Shown piece after piece: positions 1 through 8,830 of a DNA stretch of 64,000 nt. The position numbers and the translations under genes were made by a program. A model generated the notes under the pieces. It was not told the DNA's origin. It ran no database searches and worked only from the letters and a program-made list of their open reading frames with translations. How positions within the stretch are numbered: position 1 is the first letter of the stretch; each line of letters opens with the position of its first letter. Source of the stretch: an uncultured Actinomycetota bacterium. GTDB lineage: Bacteria > Actinomycetota > Actinomycetes > JAHEKZ01. Location: NCBI GenBank assembly GCA_963726575.1, contig CAVSCR010000007.1, forward strand, positions 193,948-257,947, in the 5' to 3' direction.

Positions 1-89
1 CCAAGGCGATCGGTGAGCAGTTCCAGGGCACCCCTCCCGAAGGCAGGGTGGTGACACCGCAGGAGCTGCTCTACGGCAAGTGGTTCTGA
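1..89 (+). CDS. Possible 3' end of a gene entering the window
   Basis: Frame from nt 3 reads KAIGEQFQGTPPEGRVVTPQELLYGKWF then TGA at 87-89 with GC3-rich codons; too short to assign. Confidence 0.35.
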   Translation, partial: KAIGEQFQGTPPEGRVVTPQELLYGKWF

Positions 90-455
90 GCGCCGACCGG
101 CTCTCCGTACACCTGCTTGCCCAGGGCCTGTCCGCCGTCGACCACGAGGACGTCACCGGTCACGTAGGCCGCATCGTCGCTGAGCAGGAACGTTGCAGCC
201 GATGCCACCTCGTCGAACGCGGCTGCGACCGCGTGCTCGTCGCGGACGTCGAACGTCACGTGTGCCGCGACGCCACCGGCGGCCCGCAACAGGTCCAGGG
301 TGGACCTGAGGTGTTCCTCGCTGCGGCTCGCGATCACAACGCTGGCACCCTCGGCGCACAAGCGCTGCGCGAATGCCGGCACCGATCCCCGTGCCACCGC
401 CGGTGATCAACGCGACCCTGCCGAGGAATTGGCCGGTGACCTGACGGGACGTCAT
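71..455 (-). pseudogene. Short-chain dehydrogenase/reductase, frameshifted and internally deleted
   Basis: GRVALITGGGTGIG in one frame, +1 shift near 375-380, then AFAQRLCAEGASVVIASR...AAAFDEV joined directly to the C-terminal ASAATFLLSDDAAYVTGDVLVVDGG; NNAG and YxxxK region absent. Confidence 0.8.
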
Positions 456-2503
456 GCCCGCTCCAGGTGCACGTCGAGTGCCAGCGCGCGATCAGGGCCG
501 GCCAGCACGGGGTTGACCTCGAGAGCAATGAGGTCGGGACGTTGCGCGAGTACCTGCGAGACGGCGCAGACCACGCGGGCGAGCGAGTCCAGGTCCGCCG
601 CCGGGGCGCCGCGGAACCCAGTGAGCAGCCGACTCGATCGCATCCGGGCGAGCATCGCGAGCGCAGCCGCTTCGCCGACCGGACCGAGCGCCACGACCAC
701 GTCCTCCAGCACCTCGGCCTGGACCCCGCCGGCACCGACCATGACGAGTGGGCCGGCGGCGTCATCGAGTCGCGCTCCGACGATCAGCTCAGGGGCACCT
801 AGGCGGGCCATCGCCTCGACGACGATCAGACGCTGGCCCAGCCGCGCGACCACGTCGTCGTAGGCCGCTGCCACCATGTCGGCGTCCGCCAGGTGGAGCA
901 CGACGCCGCCGACGTCGGACTTGTGAGCCAGGTCGAGCGCCTTGAGCACCACCGGGTAGCCGATCGCGTCACCTGCCCGCCTGGCTTCCTCCGACGATGC
1001 CACCACACGCGCCGGAGGGAACTCGACTCCGACGGCCATGAGCAGCTCACGACCCACCAGATAGGGATCTCCCGCCGGAGTCGGTGCGCCCGGTGGCGGA
1101 ATCGTGGGCACGCCGGAAGCGGTCGCGACCGACCGGAGAGCTGCGAGCCCGGCTACCGCGCCCTCGATGCGTCGCAGCACGGGCACCCCGCCGTCGCGCA
1201 GCACGGCCGCTGTAGGTCCGTCGGGCGCGACCGAGTGCACCACCACCGGTCGCTGGTGGCCCGCCACGGCCGCGCAGATCTCGCGCGCGACCTGCGCCTC
1301 CCGATCGGCCAGCCGCGGCTCGTCGAGTCCGTAACCCCCGAAGTACCCGGTGAGCACGGCTGCGTCGACCTCACCGGAGGCCAGCGACGTCGCCACCATG
1401 CGGGCGTAGTTCATGTGGTCCTGCTCGCCGCCACCTGCGAGGTCGATCGGGTTGGCCGTCACGGCTGCCGCTGGCAAGGTGGCGGCCAGGTCGGCGCGCA
1501 CCTTGTCGCCAAGGGTCGGGAGAGTGAACCCGCTCGCCTCCAACAGGTCACTGGCCACGACGCCGTGCCCCCCGCCGTCGGCGACGACCGCGATGCGCGA
1601 ACCCTTCAAGGTCACTGAACCGCTGAGCGCATGCGCCACCTCGATGAGCTGACTGGGTGTGTCGACCAACGCAATCCCAGCGGCCGCACACGCAGCCTCC
1701 ACGGCGGCGCGGCTTCCGGCCATGGCGCCGGTATGGCTGGCTGCCGCTCGGCGCGCCACCTCACCGCGCCCGGCGGCCAGCAGCACCACCTGCGTGCCGG
1801 CGTCGCGAACGCGTTGAGCGGCCTGCGCGAGATCGCGGACCCGGCTGAAGTCCTCGACGTACAGGGCCACGACGTCGGTGCCGGGGTCGGCGGCGACGGT
1901 CTCGAGCAGGTCAGCGGCACTGACGTCGATCTCGTTGCCCAAGGACGCGAACCGTGAGAACCCCAGCCCGTCGCGGCGGGCCAGCCAGCCGAGCTCGATC
2001 GCCAGGTTTCCCGACTGCGACAGCAGGCCGATCCTTCCCGACGGCAGATCGCCCCACACCAGGCGCAGCCCGGAGTGCGCGTCGGCCACGCCCATGCAGT
2101 TCGGCCCCAGCAGGACCGCACCGGCGGCCCTGACCTTGTCGGTCACCCGAGTTGCGACGTCGTCCGCGATGCCCGACGTGATGCCCACCAGCGCCCTGAC
2201 CCCGCGCGACAACGCTTCATCGACCACGGACTCGAAGCTCGCCGCTGGGACCGCGATCGCGACCAGCTCAGGCGTCTCGGGCAGCTCGCTGATCGTCCGG
2301 AACGTCGCCTCTTCGAGCACGGGCTCGCCGGTCCGGTTGACGAGTCGGACCACTCTGCGGTGACGACCCTCGAGGGCTCCCTTGGCCAGCCAGTAACCCC
2401 ACTTGGCCGGGTCGCCCGACGCCCCCACGACGGCGATCGAGTCCGGGGCGAAGAGTGCGCTGAAGTCGCGTCCGGCACTGCCAGACGTCGCTGGCTCGGT
2501 CAC
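452..2503 (-). CDS. Acetate-CoA ligase family (NDP-forming acyl-CoA synthetase, fused CoA-binding and ATP-grasp)
   Basis: SIAVVGAS, LGPNCMG, SQSG, ASHTG (phospho-His), NPIDL, HKSDVGGV, LEVNP; GTG at 2503 overlaps upstream stop. Confidence 0.9.
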   Translation of the reverse strand: MTEPATSGSAGRDFSALFAPDSIAVVGASGDPAKWGYWLAKGALEGRHRRVVRLVNRTGEPVLEEATFRTISELPETPELVAIAVPAASFESVVDEALSRGVRALVGITSGIADDVATRVTDKVRAAGAVLLGPNCMGVADAHSGLRLVWGDLPSGRIGLLSQSGNLAIELGWLARRDGLGFSRFASLGNEIDVSAADLLETVAADPGTDVVALYVEDFSRVRDLAQAAQRVRDAGTQVVLLAAGRGEVARRAAASHTGAMAGSRAAVEAACAAAGIALVDTPSQLIEVAHALSGSVTLKGSRIAVVADGGGHGVVASDLLEASGFTLPTLGDKVRADLAATLPAAAVTANPIDLAGGGEQDHMNYARMVATSLASGEVDAAVLTGYFGGYGLDEPRLADREAQVAREICAAVAGHQRPVVVHSVAPDGPTAAVLRDGGVPVLRRIEGAVAGLAALRSVATASGVPTIPPPGAPTPAGDPYLVGRELLMAVGVEFPPARVVASSEEARRAGDAIGYPVVLKALDLAHKSDVGGVVLHLADADMVAAAYDDVVARLGQRLIVVEAMARLGAPELIVGARLDDAAGPLVMVGAGGVQAEVLEDVVVALGPVGEAAALAMLARMRSSRLLTGFRGAPAADLDSLARVVCAVSQVLAQRPDLIALEVNPVLAGPDRALALDVHLERA

Positions 2504-3666
2504 TTGGCCAGCCGGCGGCTGATGATCAGTCGCTGGATGTCTGAGGTGCCTTCCTCGATCTCTTCCAGCTTCGCGTCGCGCATCCACTTCTCCACCAGGA
2601 ACTCCCGCGAGTAGCCCCATCCGCCAAGCGTCTGCACCGCCGCCCACGTGGCGAACATCGCAGTCTCCGAGGCGTACAGCTTGGTCATCGCCGCCTCCTT
2701 GCTCGCATCGAGGCCGGCGTCGAGCCGCTTCGCCGCTCGCCAGGTGAGCAGCCGCGACGCCTCGATCCTGGTGGCGACGTCGGCCAGCCGGAATCCCACG
2801 GCTTGGTGCTCGATGATCGGCTTGCCGAACTGGCTGCGCTGCTTGGCGTACTCGACAGCAGTGTCGAACGCGGCCTGCGCCAAGCCGACCACCGACGCGC
2901 CGAGGATCACACGCGAGATGTCGAACGTGCGCATCAGACCGGAGAAGCCCTGGCCCTCGTCTCCGATCCGGTTGGCCGCCGGCACGAAGACGTCGTCCAA
3001 CACAACCTCGGTGTTGAGGATCGCGCGCTGACCCATCTTCCGGAACGGTTCACCGGTACTCAGACCTTCAGACGACGCAGGAACGATGAAGGCTGTGATG
3101 CCGCGCGTGCGCTTCGCCGGATCCACCGTCGCGAAGACGACGTATGAGTCGGCGATCCCACCGTTGCTGATCCACGTCTTGCGGCCTGTGATGCGGTAGC
3201 CGTCGCCGTCAGCCACAGCTCGCGTCTGGATGCTCGCCGCATCCGATCCGGACTCTGGTTCGGTCGTGGCCAACGCCGTGAAGGGCGGAAGGTCCACACA
3301 CAACGGGGTAAGGAACCGCTGCTTCTGCTCCTCGGTGCCGAGTTCGAGGATCGGGTCGGCGTAGAACCCGTTGCTCGTGACGAGATTGCCGATCGCGATG
3401 TCGCCGTAGGTGAGCTCTTCCTGCGCCAAACACTGCGTGAAGACGTCGGTGAAGCCACCACCTCCGTACTGCTCGGGCAGCATGAACGACGTGATGCCGA
3501 CGTCTGCGGCCTTGCGCCAGATGTCCAAGGGCACCTCGACATCTGCCTCGTCGACCTCGCGCGCCACAGGGCGGATGACATCTCGGGCGAAGTCGCGGCA
3601 GAGCTCACGCACCGCGCGTTGGTCGTCGGTGAGGGCGACGAGCTCGGTGGGCAGCTCGGCGGGCAC
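2500..3666 (-). CDS. Acyl-CoA dehydrogenase
   Basis: TEPESGSDA, GRKTWISNG, RSQFGKPI, GGWGYSREF, IEEGTSDIQR. Confidence 0.95.
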   Translation of the reverse strand: MPAELPTELVALTDDQRAVRELCRDFARDVIRPVAREVDEADVEVPLDIWRKAADVGITSFMLPEQYGGGGFTDVFTQCLAQEELTYGDIAIGNLVTSNGFYADPILELGTEEQKQRFLTPLCVDLPPFTALATTEPESGSDAASIQTRAVADGDGYRITGRKTWISNGGIADSYVVFATVDPAKRTRGITAFIVPASSEGLSTGEPFRKMGQRAILNTEVVLDDVFVPAANRIGDEGQGFSGLMRTFDISRVILGASVVGLAQAAFDTAVEYAKQRSQFGKPIIEHQAVGFRLADVATRIEASRLLTWRAAKRLDAGLDASKEAAMTKLYASETAMFATWAAVQTLGGWGYSREFLVEKWMRDAKLEEIEEGTSDIQRLIISRRLAK

Positions 3667-3689
3667 GGGTGCCTCCTGGATCGCTATTG

Positions 3690-3703
3690 ACTGACGCGTC
3701 AGT
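3690..3703. promoter_or_regulatory. Palindromic operator, probably for the adjacent TetR
   Basis: Perfect 14-bp palindrome ACTGACGCGTCAGT in the short divergent gap, overlapping a TTGACT hexamer. Confidence 0.65.
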
Positions 3704-3723
3704 AAAGAGTGTACGGTGGTGCA

Positions 3724-4368
3724 ATGTCAACCAGGACGGCGCGCAAAGGTCAGAAGGCTGCGCCGCGGCGGGTGCGCTCGACGCCGGACGAGCGTCGCGG
3801 CGACATCTTGGACGCCGCCCGTCAGGTGATGGTCGAGCGCGGCATCGTGGCGACCCGCGTCACCGATGTAGCCGTGCGAGCGGGCGTGAGCCACGGACTT
3901 GTGCACTACTACTTCCCTACCAAGGACGACCTCGTGGCCGCGACCATGCACCACGTGGCCGACGTCGGCGTCCAACGCCTGCGTCGCCTGGTCGCCGCCG
4001 AGCCGACGGCGCAGGCGAAGCTGGACCGGCTCCTCGACCTGGCCGTCCCGGGCGCGTCGCGCGCCAGCGACGCATGGGTGCTCTGGGTCGACGCCTGGTC
4101 CGCCGGGCTGCGCGATGCCACAGTGCGAGCGGTACACGACGAGTTGGACACCGCCTGGTCAGGCGCGCTCGTGGAGATCATCGAGCACGGGATCCGCAGC
4201 GGTGAGTTCGCCTGCGACGACCCGGTGACCACGGCCACGGTCCTCACCTCGTTGGTCGACGGGCTGTCGCTGCGACTCGTGCTGCGTCAGCGCGGCGTCA
4301 CCAGGGCGGCGATCCTGCGCATGCTGCGCGCGGCCGCAGCACAGGAACTGGCGCGAACGCACGTCTGA
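3724..4368 (+). CDS. TetR family regulator (BetI-like C-terminus)
   Basis: HTH DVAVRAGVSHGLVHYYFPTKDDL; C-terminal LVDGLSL; divergent from acyl-CoA operon. Confidence 0.92.
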   Translation: MSTRTARKGQKAAPRRVRSTPDERRGDILDAARQVMVERGIVATRVTDVAVRAGVSHGLVHYYFPTKDDLVAATMHHVADVGVQRLRRLVAAEPTAQAKLDRLLDLAVPGASRASDAWVLWVDAWSAGLRDATVRAVHDELDTAWSGALVEIIEHGIRSGEFACDDPVTTATVLTSLVDGLSLRLVLRQRGVTRAAILRMLRAAAAQELARTHV

Positions 4369-4370
4369 CG

Positions 4371-4388
4371 CAGCCGTCGCGACGGCTG
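4371..4388 (+). terminator. GC-rich hairpin after tetR stop
   Basis: Perfect palindrome CAGCCGTCGCGACGGCTG 2 nt after the stop; no U tract. Confidence 0.45.
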
Positions 4389-4430
4389 GGTCGACCCGCC
4401 CGAGCGTGGATGACCCCCTCCAAACCTCCA

Positions 4431-4491
4431 TAAGACCGGGACAACGAGTGATTTGCTCCATTCTTCTGGAAGCGTCGACTCGTTGCTTCCA
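4431..4491 (+). repeat. REP-like intergenic element, copy A
   Basis: TAAGACCGGGACAAC..TTGCTCCATTCTT-N17-TTGCTTCC; same layout as 8327-8388. Confidence 0.55.
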
Positions 4492-4612
4492 AAAAGGGTC
4501 GGCGAGAGGTCAGTTCGCTCGAAGTCGGCGTCGGATGTCACATCCAGCGCACCGGCGGTGCTTGGAAGATGTGAGCAGCAACGTGACTGCCGTCGGCTGG
4601 TCAGCGCCGACG

Positions 4613-5167
4613 ATGGCGGCGGGACTGGTGCCGACCGAGGAGGTCGAGGTCGTGGGTGCCCGACCGGGTTCGGCCATGAGACCTGACCTCGAGGCGGTGT
4701 TCCGGGTCGAGTACTCGCGCGTCGTGGCCACCGCCCGTCGGGTCGTCGGGTCATCCGCCGCGGCCGAGGACGTGGCCCAGGAGGTGTTCCTCGCCTTCGC
4801 CCGGTCGCGGGTGCCTACCGAGCAAGCCCGCAGCTGGCTGCTGGTGGCGGCGGTGCACACCGCGCTCAACCAGCTCCGCAGCGACCGGCGCCGTGATGCC
4901 CGAGAACTTCGCGCAGCGCCCGATCGCCACGACACCGTCGTGCCGGACGTAGCGGACGACGCCACCCGGACCCTCGAGCAGGCACGGCTTCGAGCGGCGC
5001 TCGGGCGGCTGCCACGCCAGCAGGCCACCGTCCTCGTGCTGCGCCACAGCGGGCTCAGCTATGCCGAGATCGCGGCTCACACCGAACTGTCCCCCGGAAG
5101 CGTCGGCACGACCCTTCGTCGTGCCGAGGCCGCACTTCGTCAGGAGATGTCCGATGCACCCCACTGA
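4613..5167 (+). CDS. ECF sigma-70 factor
   Basis: Region 2 AAAEDVAQEVF..SWL; region 4 LVLRHSGLSYAEIAA..GSVGTTLRRA; start uncertain. Confidence 0.92.
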   Translation: MAAGLVPTEEVEVVGARPGSAMRPDLEAVFRVEYSRVVATARRVVGSSAAAEDVAQEVFLAFARSRVPTEQARSWLLVAAVHTALNQLRSDRRRDARELRAAPDRHDTVVPDVADDATRTLEQARLRAALGRLPRQQATVLVLRHSGLSYAEIAAHTELSPGSVGTTLRRAEAALRQEMSDAPH

Positions 5168-6263
5168 CGGCGCATTGCGCCGCGCACTCGATGAGCCGGC
5201 GTCAATGTCGGACGCTGACCGCGAGCACGTGCTGACGTGCCCGCGCTGCCAAAGCGGGATCTCCGACGCAGCGGACGACCGCGACCACGCCTCCGCGGCC
5301 TTGGCCCTTGACGATGCGCACGATGAGACGTCGCTGGAGCAACAGTGGGGGCGGCTCAGCGACGCCGTGGCCTCGCAGTCGCCGGCCACGACCGGTGACA
5401 TCTCGGCCCACCCGAGGCATCGACGGCTCCACCGCGCCACGGTTCTGACGGCCGCCGGAGCAGTCCTCGTGATCGGTGGCGCTACCGCGGCAGCGGCTGG
5501 CGACTGGCTGCAGGTGTTCCGCACCGAGTCCGTAGCCCCGGTCTCGGTGCCCCTTTCCATGTCGGACGTGACGGACCTCTCCGCGATGACCGGTCTCTCG
5601 GACCTGTCTGCCTACGGTCACTGGCAGTACCTCAGTAGCCCTCAGTTGCAGCCGGTGCCGAGCGCGAACGCAGCTCAGCAACGGACGGGCCTGACGCTCG
5701 CGCCTGTACCGGACCTCCCGACGGGGGTGACCGGCTCCCCGACCTACCAGGTCGTCGAGCAGCAGTCAGCGGTCTTCACGTTCTCGTCGAACAAGGCGAG
5801 GCAGGCGGTGACCCGGGCCGGCGCAAGCCTGCCCGCCCTGCCGGAAGCACTCGATGGCGCTGTCCTACGCCTGCGGGCAGGACCTGCGGTCGTTCGGCTG
5901 TGGGACCAAGGGTCTGGCATTCCGACGCTGGTCATCGCCGAGATCGGTGCCCCGGTCGCCGAGTCGTCCGGCGTCCCGCTGGCCGTCTTCCGGGACACGC
6001 TGCTCTCGCTGCCTGGCATTCCCCCTGCACTCGCCGATCAGTTGCGCGCCGTCACCAGTGACGGAACGACTCTGCCGATCCCGGTGCCGCGGGACCAGTT
6101 CACGACATCAGCCACTGATGTGGGCGGGACAGCAGCGACGCTGCTGCAGTCGAAGGACGGCACGTTGTGCGGGGTCGTATGGGTCGCCAACGGCGTGGTC
6201 CGGATCGTCGCCGGCCCGCTGTCTGCCTCCGAGGTCGTGTCGGTCGCGAATGAACTCGGCTGA
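5154..6263 (+). CDS. Zinc-binding membrane anti-sigma factor with large extracytoplasmic domain
   Basis: ZAS motif HVLTCPRC (HxxxCxxC), one hydrophobic helix; overlaps sigma stop. Confidence 0.82.
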   Translation: MHPTDGALRRALDEPASMSDADREHVLTCPRCQSGISDAADDRDHASAALALDDAHDETSLEQQWGRLSDAVASQSPATTGDISAHPRHRRLHRATVLTAAGAVLVIGGATAAAAGDWLQVFRTESVAPVSVPLSMSDVTDLSAMTGLSDLSAYGHWQYLSSPQLQPVPSANAAQQRTGLTLAPVPDLPTGVTGSPTYQVVEQQSAVFTFSSNKARQAVTRAGASLPALPEALDGAVLRLRAGPAVVRLWDQGSGIPTLVIAEIGAPVAESSGVPLAVFRDTLLSLPGIPPALADQLRAVTSDGTTLPIPVPRDQFTTSATDVGGTAATLLQSKDGTLCGVVWVANGVVRIVAGPLSASEVVSVANELG

Positions 6264-7302
6264 CGGCGGAGTGACTGCGTCAATCCCCTCGGCGGCGCAG
6301 ATCCGTGAGGAGCTGTCGGCGCCTTCGCCAGCAGCTTGGTGCAGCGACCTGAGCAAACGCTTCGGCCGACGGCAGGCGGTGCGCTCGGTGTCGCTCCAGG
6401 TTGGGCGCGGTGAGATCGTCGGACTGCTCGGGGCCAACGGTGCCGGTAAGACCACGGTCATCAAGATGCTGCTCGGCCTGGTGCGCGCCGACGACGGTGA
6501 GGTGATGCTGCTCGGGCGGCCCGGTGTCGATCCATCCTCTCGGGCAAGGGTGGGCTACCTGCCCGAGCTCTTCCGCTACCAGCCGTGGCTGACCGCGTCG
6601 GAGGTTCTGGAGCTGCACGCGCGCTTGAGCGGGCTTGGTCCGAACGGGGAGCGCCAGGCGGAGCTGCTGGAGGTCGTCGGGCTGGCGTCGCGGGCTCAGG
6701 ACCGGGTCGGAGGGTTCAGCAAGGGCATGCAGCAGCGGCTCGGCCTCGCCGTGGCGTTGGTGGGTGAGCCGGAGCTCGTCATCCTCGACGAGCCCACCAG
6801 CGCACTCGACCCGCTGGGCCGCGCCGACGTGCGCGACTTGGTGCTGTCGCTGCGCGAGCGCGGCGTCGCGGTACTGCTCAACTCACATCTCATCGGCGAG
6901 GTGGAACGGGTCTGCGACCGCGTGGTGATCCTCGATCACGGTGAGGTCGCCGCCCAAGGGACTCTGGCTCAGCTGTTGGGTCAGCGTCGCGCCGTCCTTC
7001 GACTCGGCGGTGTCACCGACGAAGCACTCGCGCGGCTGCGAGCCACGGGCGACGTCGCCGCCGACGGCGGCCTATTCCACGTCGCCCTGGGGCACAGCAA
7101 CCCGGGCGCGTCCGCCGACGGTCAGCGCCCCGCGGCCGGTGCCGATGACGATGCGGTGGCGCAGCTGGTCGCAGATCTTGCCGAAATTGGGGTGCGCGTC
7201 TACTCCGTGGAGCAGGCCCGCGTCACCCTCGAGGACCGCCTGCTCGGAATCCTGCGCAGCCACGATTCCGACCCGGAGCAGTCCGGGCGGGGGGTCACAT
7301 GA
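6250..7302 (+). CDS. ABC exporter ATP-binding subunit
   Basis: Walker A GANGAGKTT, FSKGMQQR, VILDEP, NSH. Confidence 0.95.
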   Translation: MNSADGGVTASIPSAAQIREELSAPSPAAWCSDLSKRFGRRQAVRSVSLQVGRGEIVGLLGANGAGKTTVIKMLLGLVRADDGEVMLLGRPGVDPSSRARVGYLPELFRYQPWLTASEVLELHARLSGLGPNGERQAELLEVVGLASRAQDRVGGFSKGMQQRLGLAVALVGEPELVILDEPTSALDPLGRADVRDLVLSLRERGVAVLLNSHLIGEVERVCDRVVILDHGEVAAQGTLAQLLGQRRAVLRLGGVTDEALARLRATGDVAADGGLFHVALGHSNPGASADGQRPAAGADDDAVAQLVADLAEIGVRVYSVEQARVTLEDRLLGILRSHDSDPEQSGRGVT

Positions 7303-8219
7303 GCGGGAGCACTTCGTTGCCTGCCAGCGACTCCGCATTGTCAAGGATGTCAGCCCCGACGTCTCCTCGCGCGTGGCGAACGGTCATCACCGTCGCCACG
7401 CTCACCGTGAAGGAGGCCGCGCGCAAGCGGGTGGTCTTCGCCTTGCTCGCCTTGTCGCTCGTGCTCCTGACGCTCAGCGCGTGGGGGTTCTCGCAGCTGT
7501 CGGGCATGACCACGTCCTACGGCCGGCTGACCAGCGCCGAATCACGAGTCATCGCATCGCAGCTGCTCAACCTGGTCATGTTCGGTATGAGCATGATCGT
7601 GGCGCTCGGAACCGCGTTCCTTGCTGGTCCGACGCTGGGCGGCGAGATCGAGTCCGGCGTCGCACTGGGTTTGCTCGCGCGTCCGGTGCGTCGATGGCAC
7701 GTGCTTCTGGGCAAGTGGGTGGGGCTGGTCGTCTTCGGGTCCGTCTACATGACCGTCGTGGGTCTGTCTCAATTCGTCGTCGTCCGGGTGACCGTGTCCT
7801 ATTGGCCACCGCACCCGTGGGAAGCCCTGCTGCTGCTCGCCGGCGAGACCACTGTCTTGCTGACGCTGGCCATGCTGCTCTCGAGCCTCATCTCGCCGCT
7901 TGCATCGGGGATCACGACGGTGGGACTGTTCGGCGCGACCTGGGTGGCTGGGGTGGTCGGCAGCATCGGGGTCGTGCTCGGCAACGAGAAGCTGGAGCGG
8001 ATCGCCACTGTGTCCCAGGTGCTGCTCCCCACCGACGGCCTGTGGCAAGGGGCGATGCATGCGATCCAGGACACCGCCTCGCTGCGGCTGCTGGGCAAGT
8101 CCATGAGCCCCTTCCTCAGCACCCGGGCGCCGAGTCCCCTCTACCTGGTGTGGGCCGTCATCTGGACACTGCTCGTCTGGCTGCTGTGCGCCGTGTCGGT
8201 TCAACGCCGGGACTTGTGA
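7299..8219 (+). CDS. ABC-2 type permease
   Basis: About six hydrophobic helices, EIESG..LARPV..LLGKW motif, C-terminal RRDL; ATGA coupling. Confidence 0.92.
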   Translation: MSGSTSLPASDSALSRMSAPTSPRAWRTVITVATLTVKEAARKRVVFALLALSLVLLTLSAWGFSQLSGMTTSYGRLTSAESRVIASQLLNLVMFGMSMIVALGTAFLAGPTLGGEIESGVALGLLARPVRRWHVLLGKWVGLVVFGSVYMTVVGLSQFVVVRVTVSYWPPHPWEALLLLAGETTVLLTLAMLLSSLISPLASGITTVGLFGATWVAGVVGSIGVVLGNEKLERIATVSQVLLPTDGLWQGAMHAIQDTASLRLLGKSMSPFLSTRAPSPLYLVWAVIWTLLVWLLCAVSVQRRDL

Positions 8220-8326
8220 ACCTGCGTTGGCCGGGTGATCGTCGGCCCAGTTGGAGCTGCCTGTAGGGACTGTGCGAACCGCGTCTGACCCTGCGGGCCG
8301 ATTCCATGACGGGCGGAAGAGTTCTG

Positions 8327-8388
8327 TAAGAACGGGAGCAACTCTTCATTGCTCCCGTTCTTGCCGCATCAATGCCGCATTGCTCCCA
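8327..8388 (+). repeat. REP-like element copy B, with perfect 14-bp hairpin (likely also terminator between convergent operons)
   Basis: AAGAACGGGAGCAA-CTCTTCA-TTGCTCCCGTTCTT (8328-8362), then N17 and TTGCTCCC. Confidence 0.65.
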
Positions 8389-8403
8389 GACGGTGGCGGG
8401 GGG

Positions 8404-8808
8404 TCAGCTCAGGCCGGCGAGCTCGCGCAGACCTACCAGCAGCACGGGGCTCCGGTCGGCGCGGCGCAGGACCTGCTGCACGTAGTCGGGCAGGCCGGCC
8501 GGGCGCGCGACGTCGTCCGGGCTCAGGTCTTCGTCGGCCACCACCGCAAGAACTCGGTCCACAGCGACGCCGTAGCTGCCACCGTCCCCCGGGTTCAGCA
8601 CCAGCACGTCGCCGGCCTCACCCGGGTAGGGCGCGGCGCGCAGGTCGACGATGGGCAACGGATCACCGCGCAGCTCGATCAGACCGCTGATCGGCGCCCG
8701 CGTGCCTGGGAGGTCCTCGATTCCGACGGCCCGGATGACCTCGCGCACTTCCTCGAGCTGGCACGCCAGCTCGCGCTCGTTCATCTGAAACGTGATGTAG
8801 CCGCTCAC
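8404..8808 (-). CDS. cheW: CheW-like coupling protein
   Basis: EVREVI, LPGTRAPISGLIELRGDPLPIVDL, GVAVDRV. Confidence 0.9.
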   Translation of the reverse strand: MSGYITFQMNERELACQLEEVREVIRAVGIEDLPGTRAPISGLIELRGDPLPIVDLRAAPYPGEAGDVLVLNPGDGGSYGVAVDRVLAVVADEDLSPDDVARPAGLPDYVQQVLRRADRSPVLLVGLRELAGLS

Positions 8809-8830
8809 GCCCGCCTCCGACCGTCGTCCG

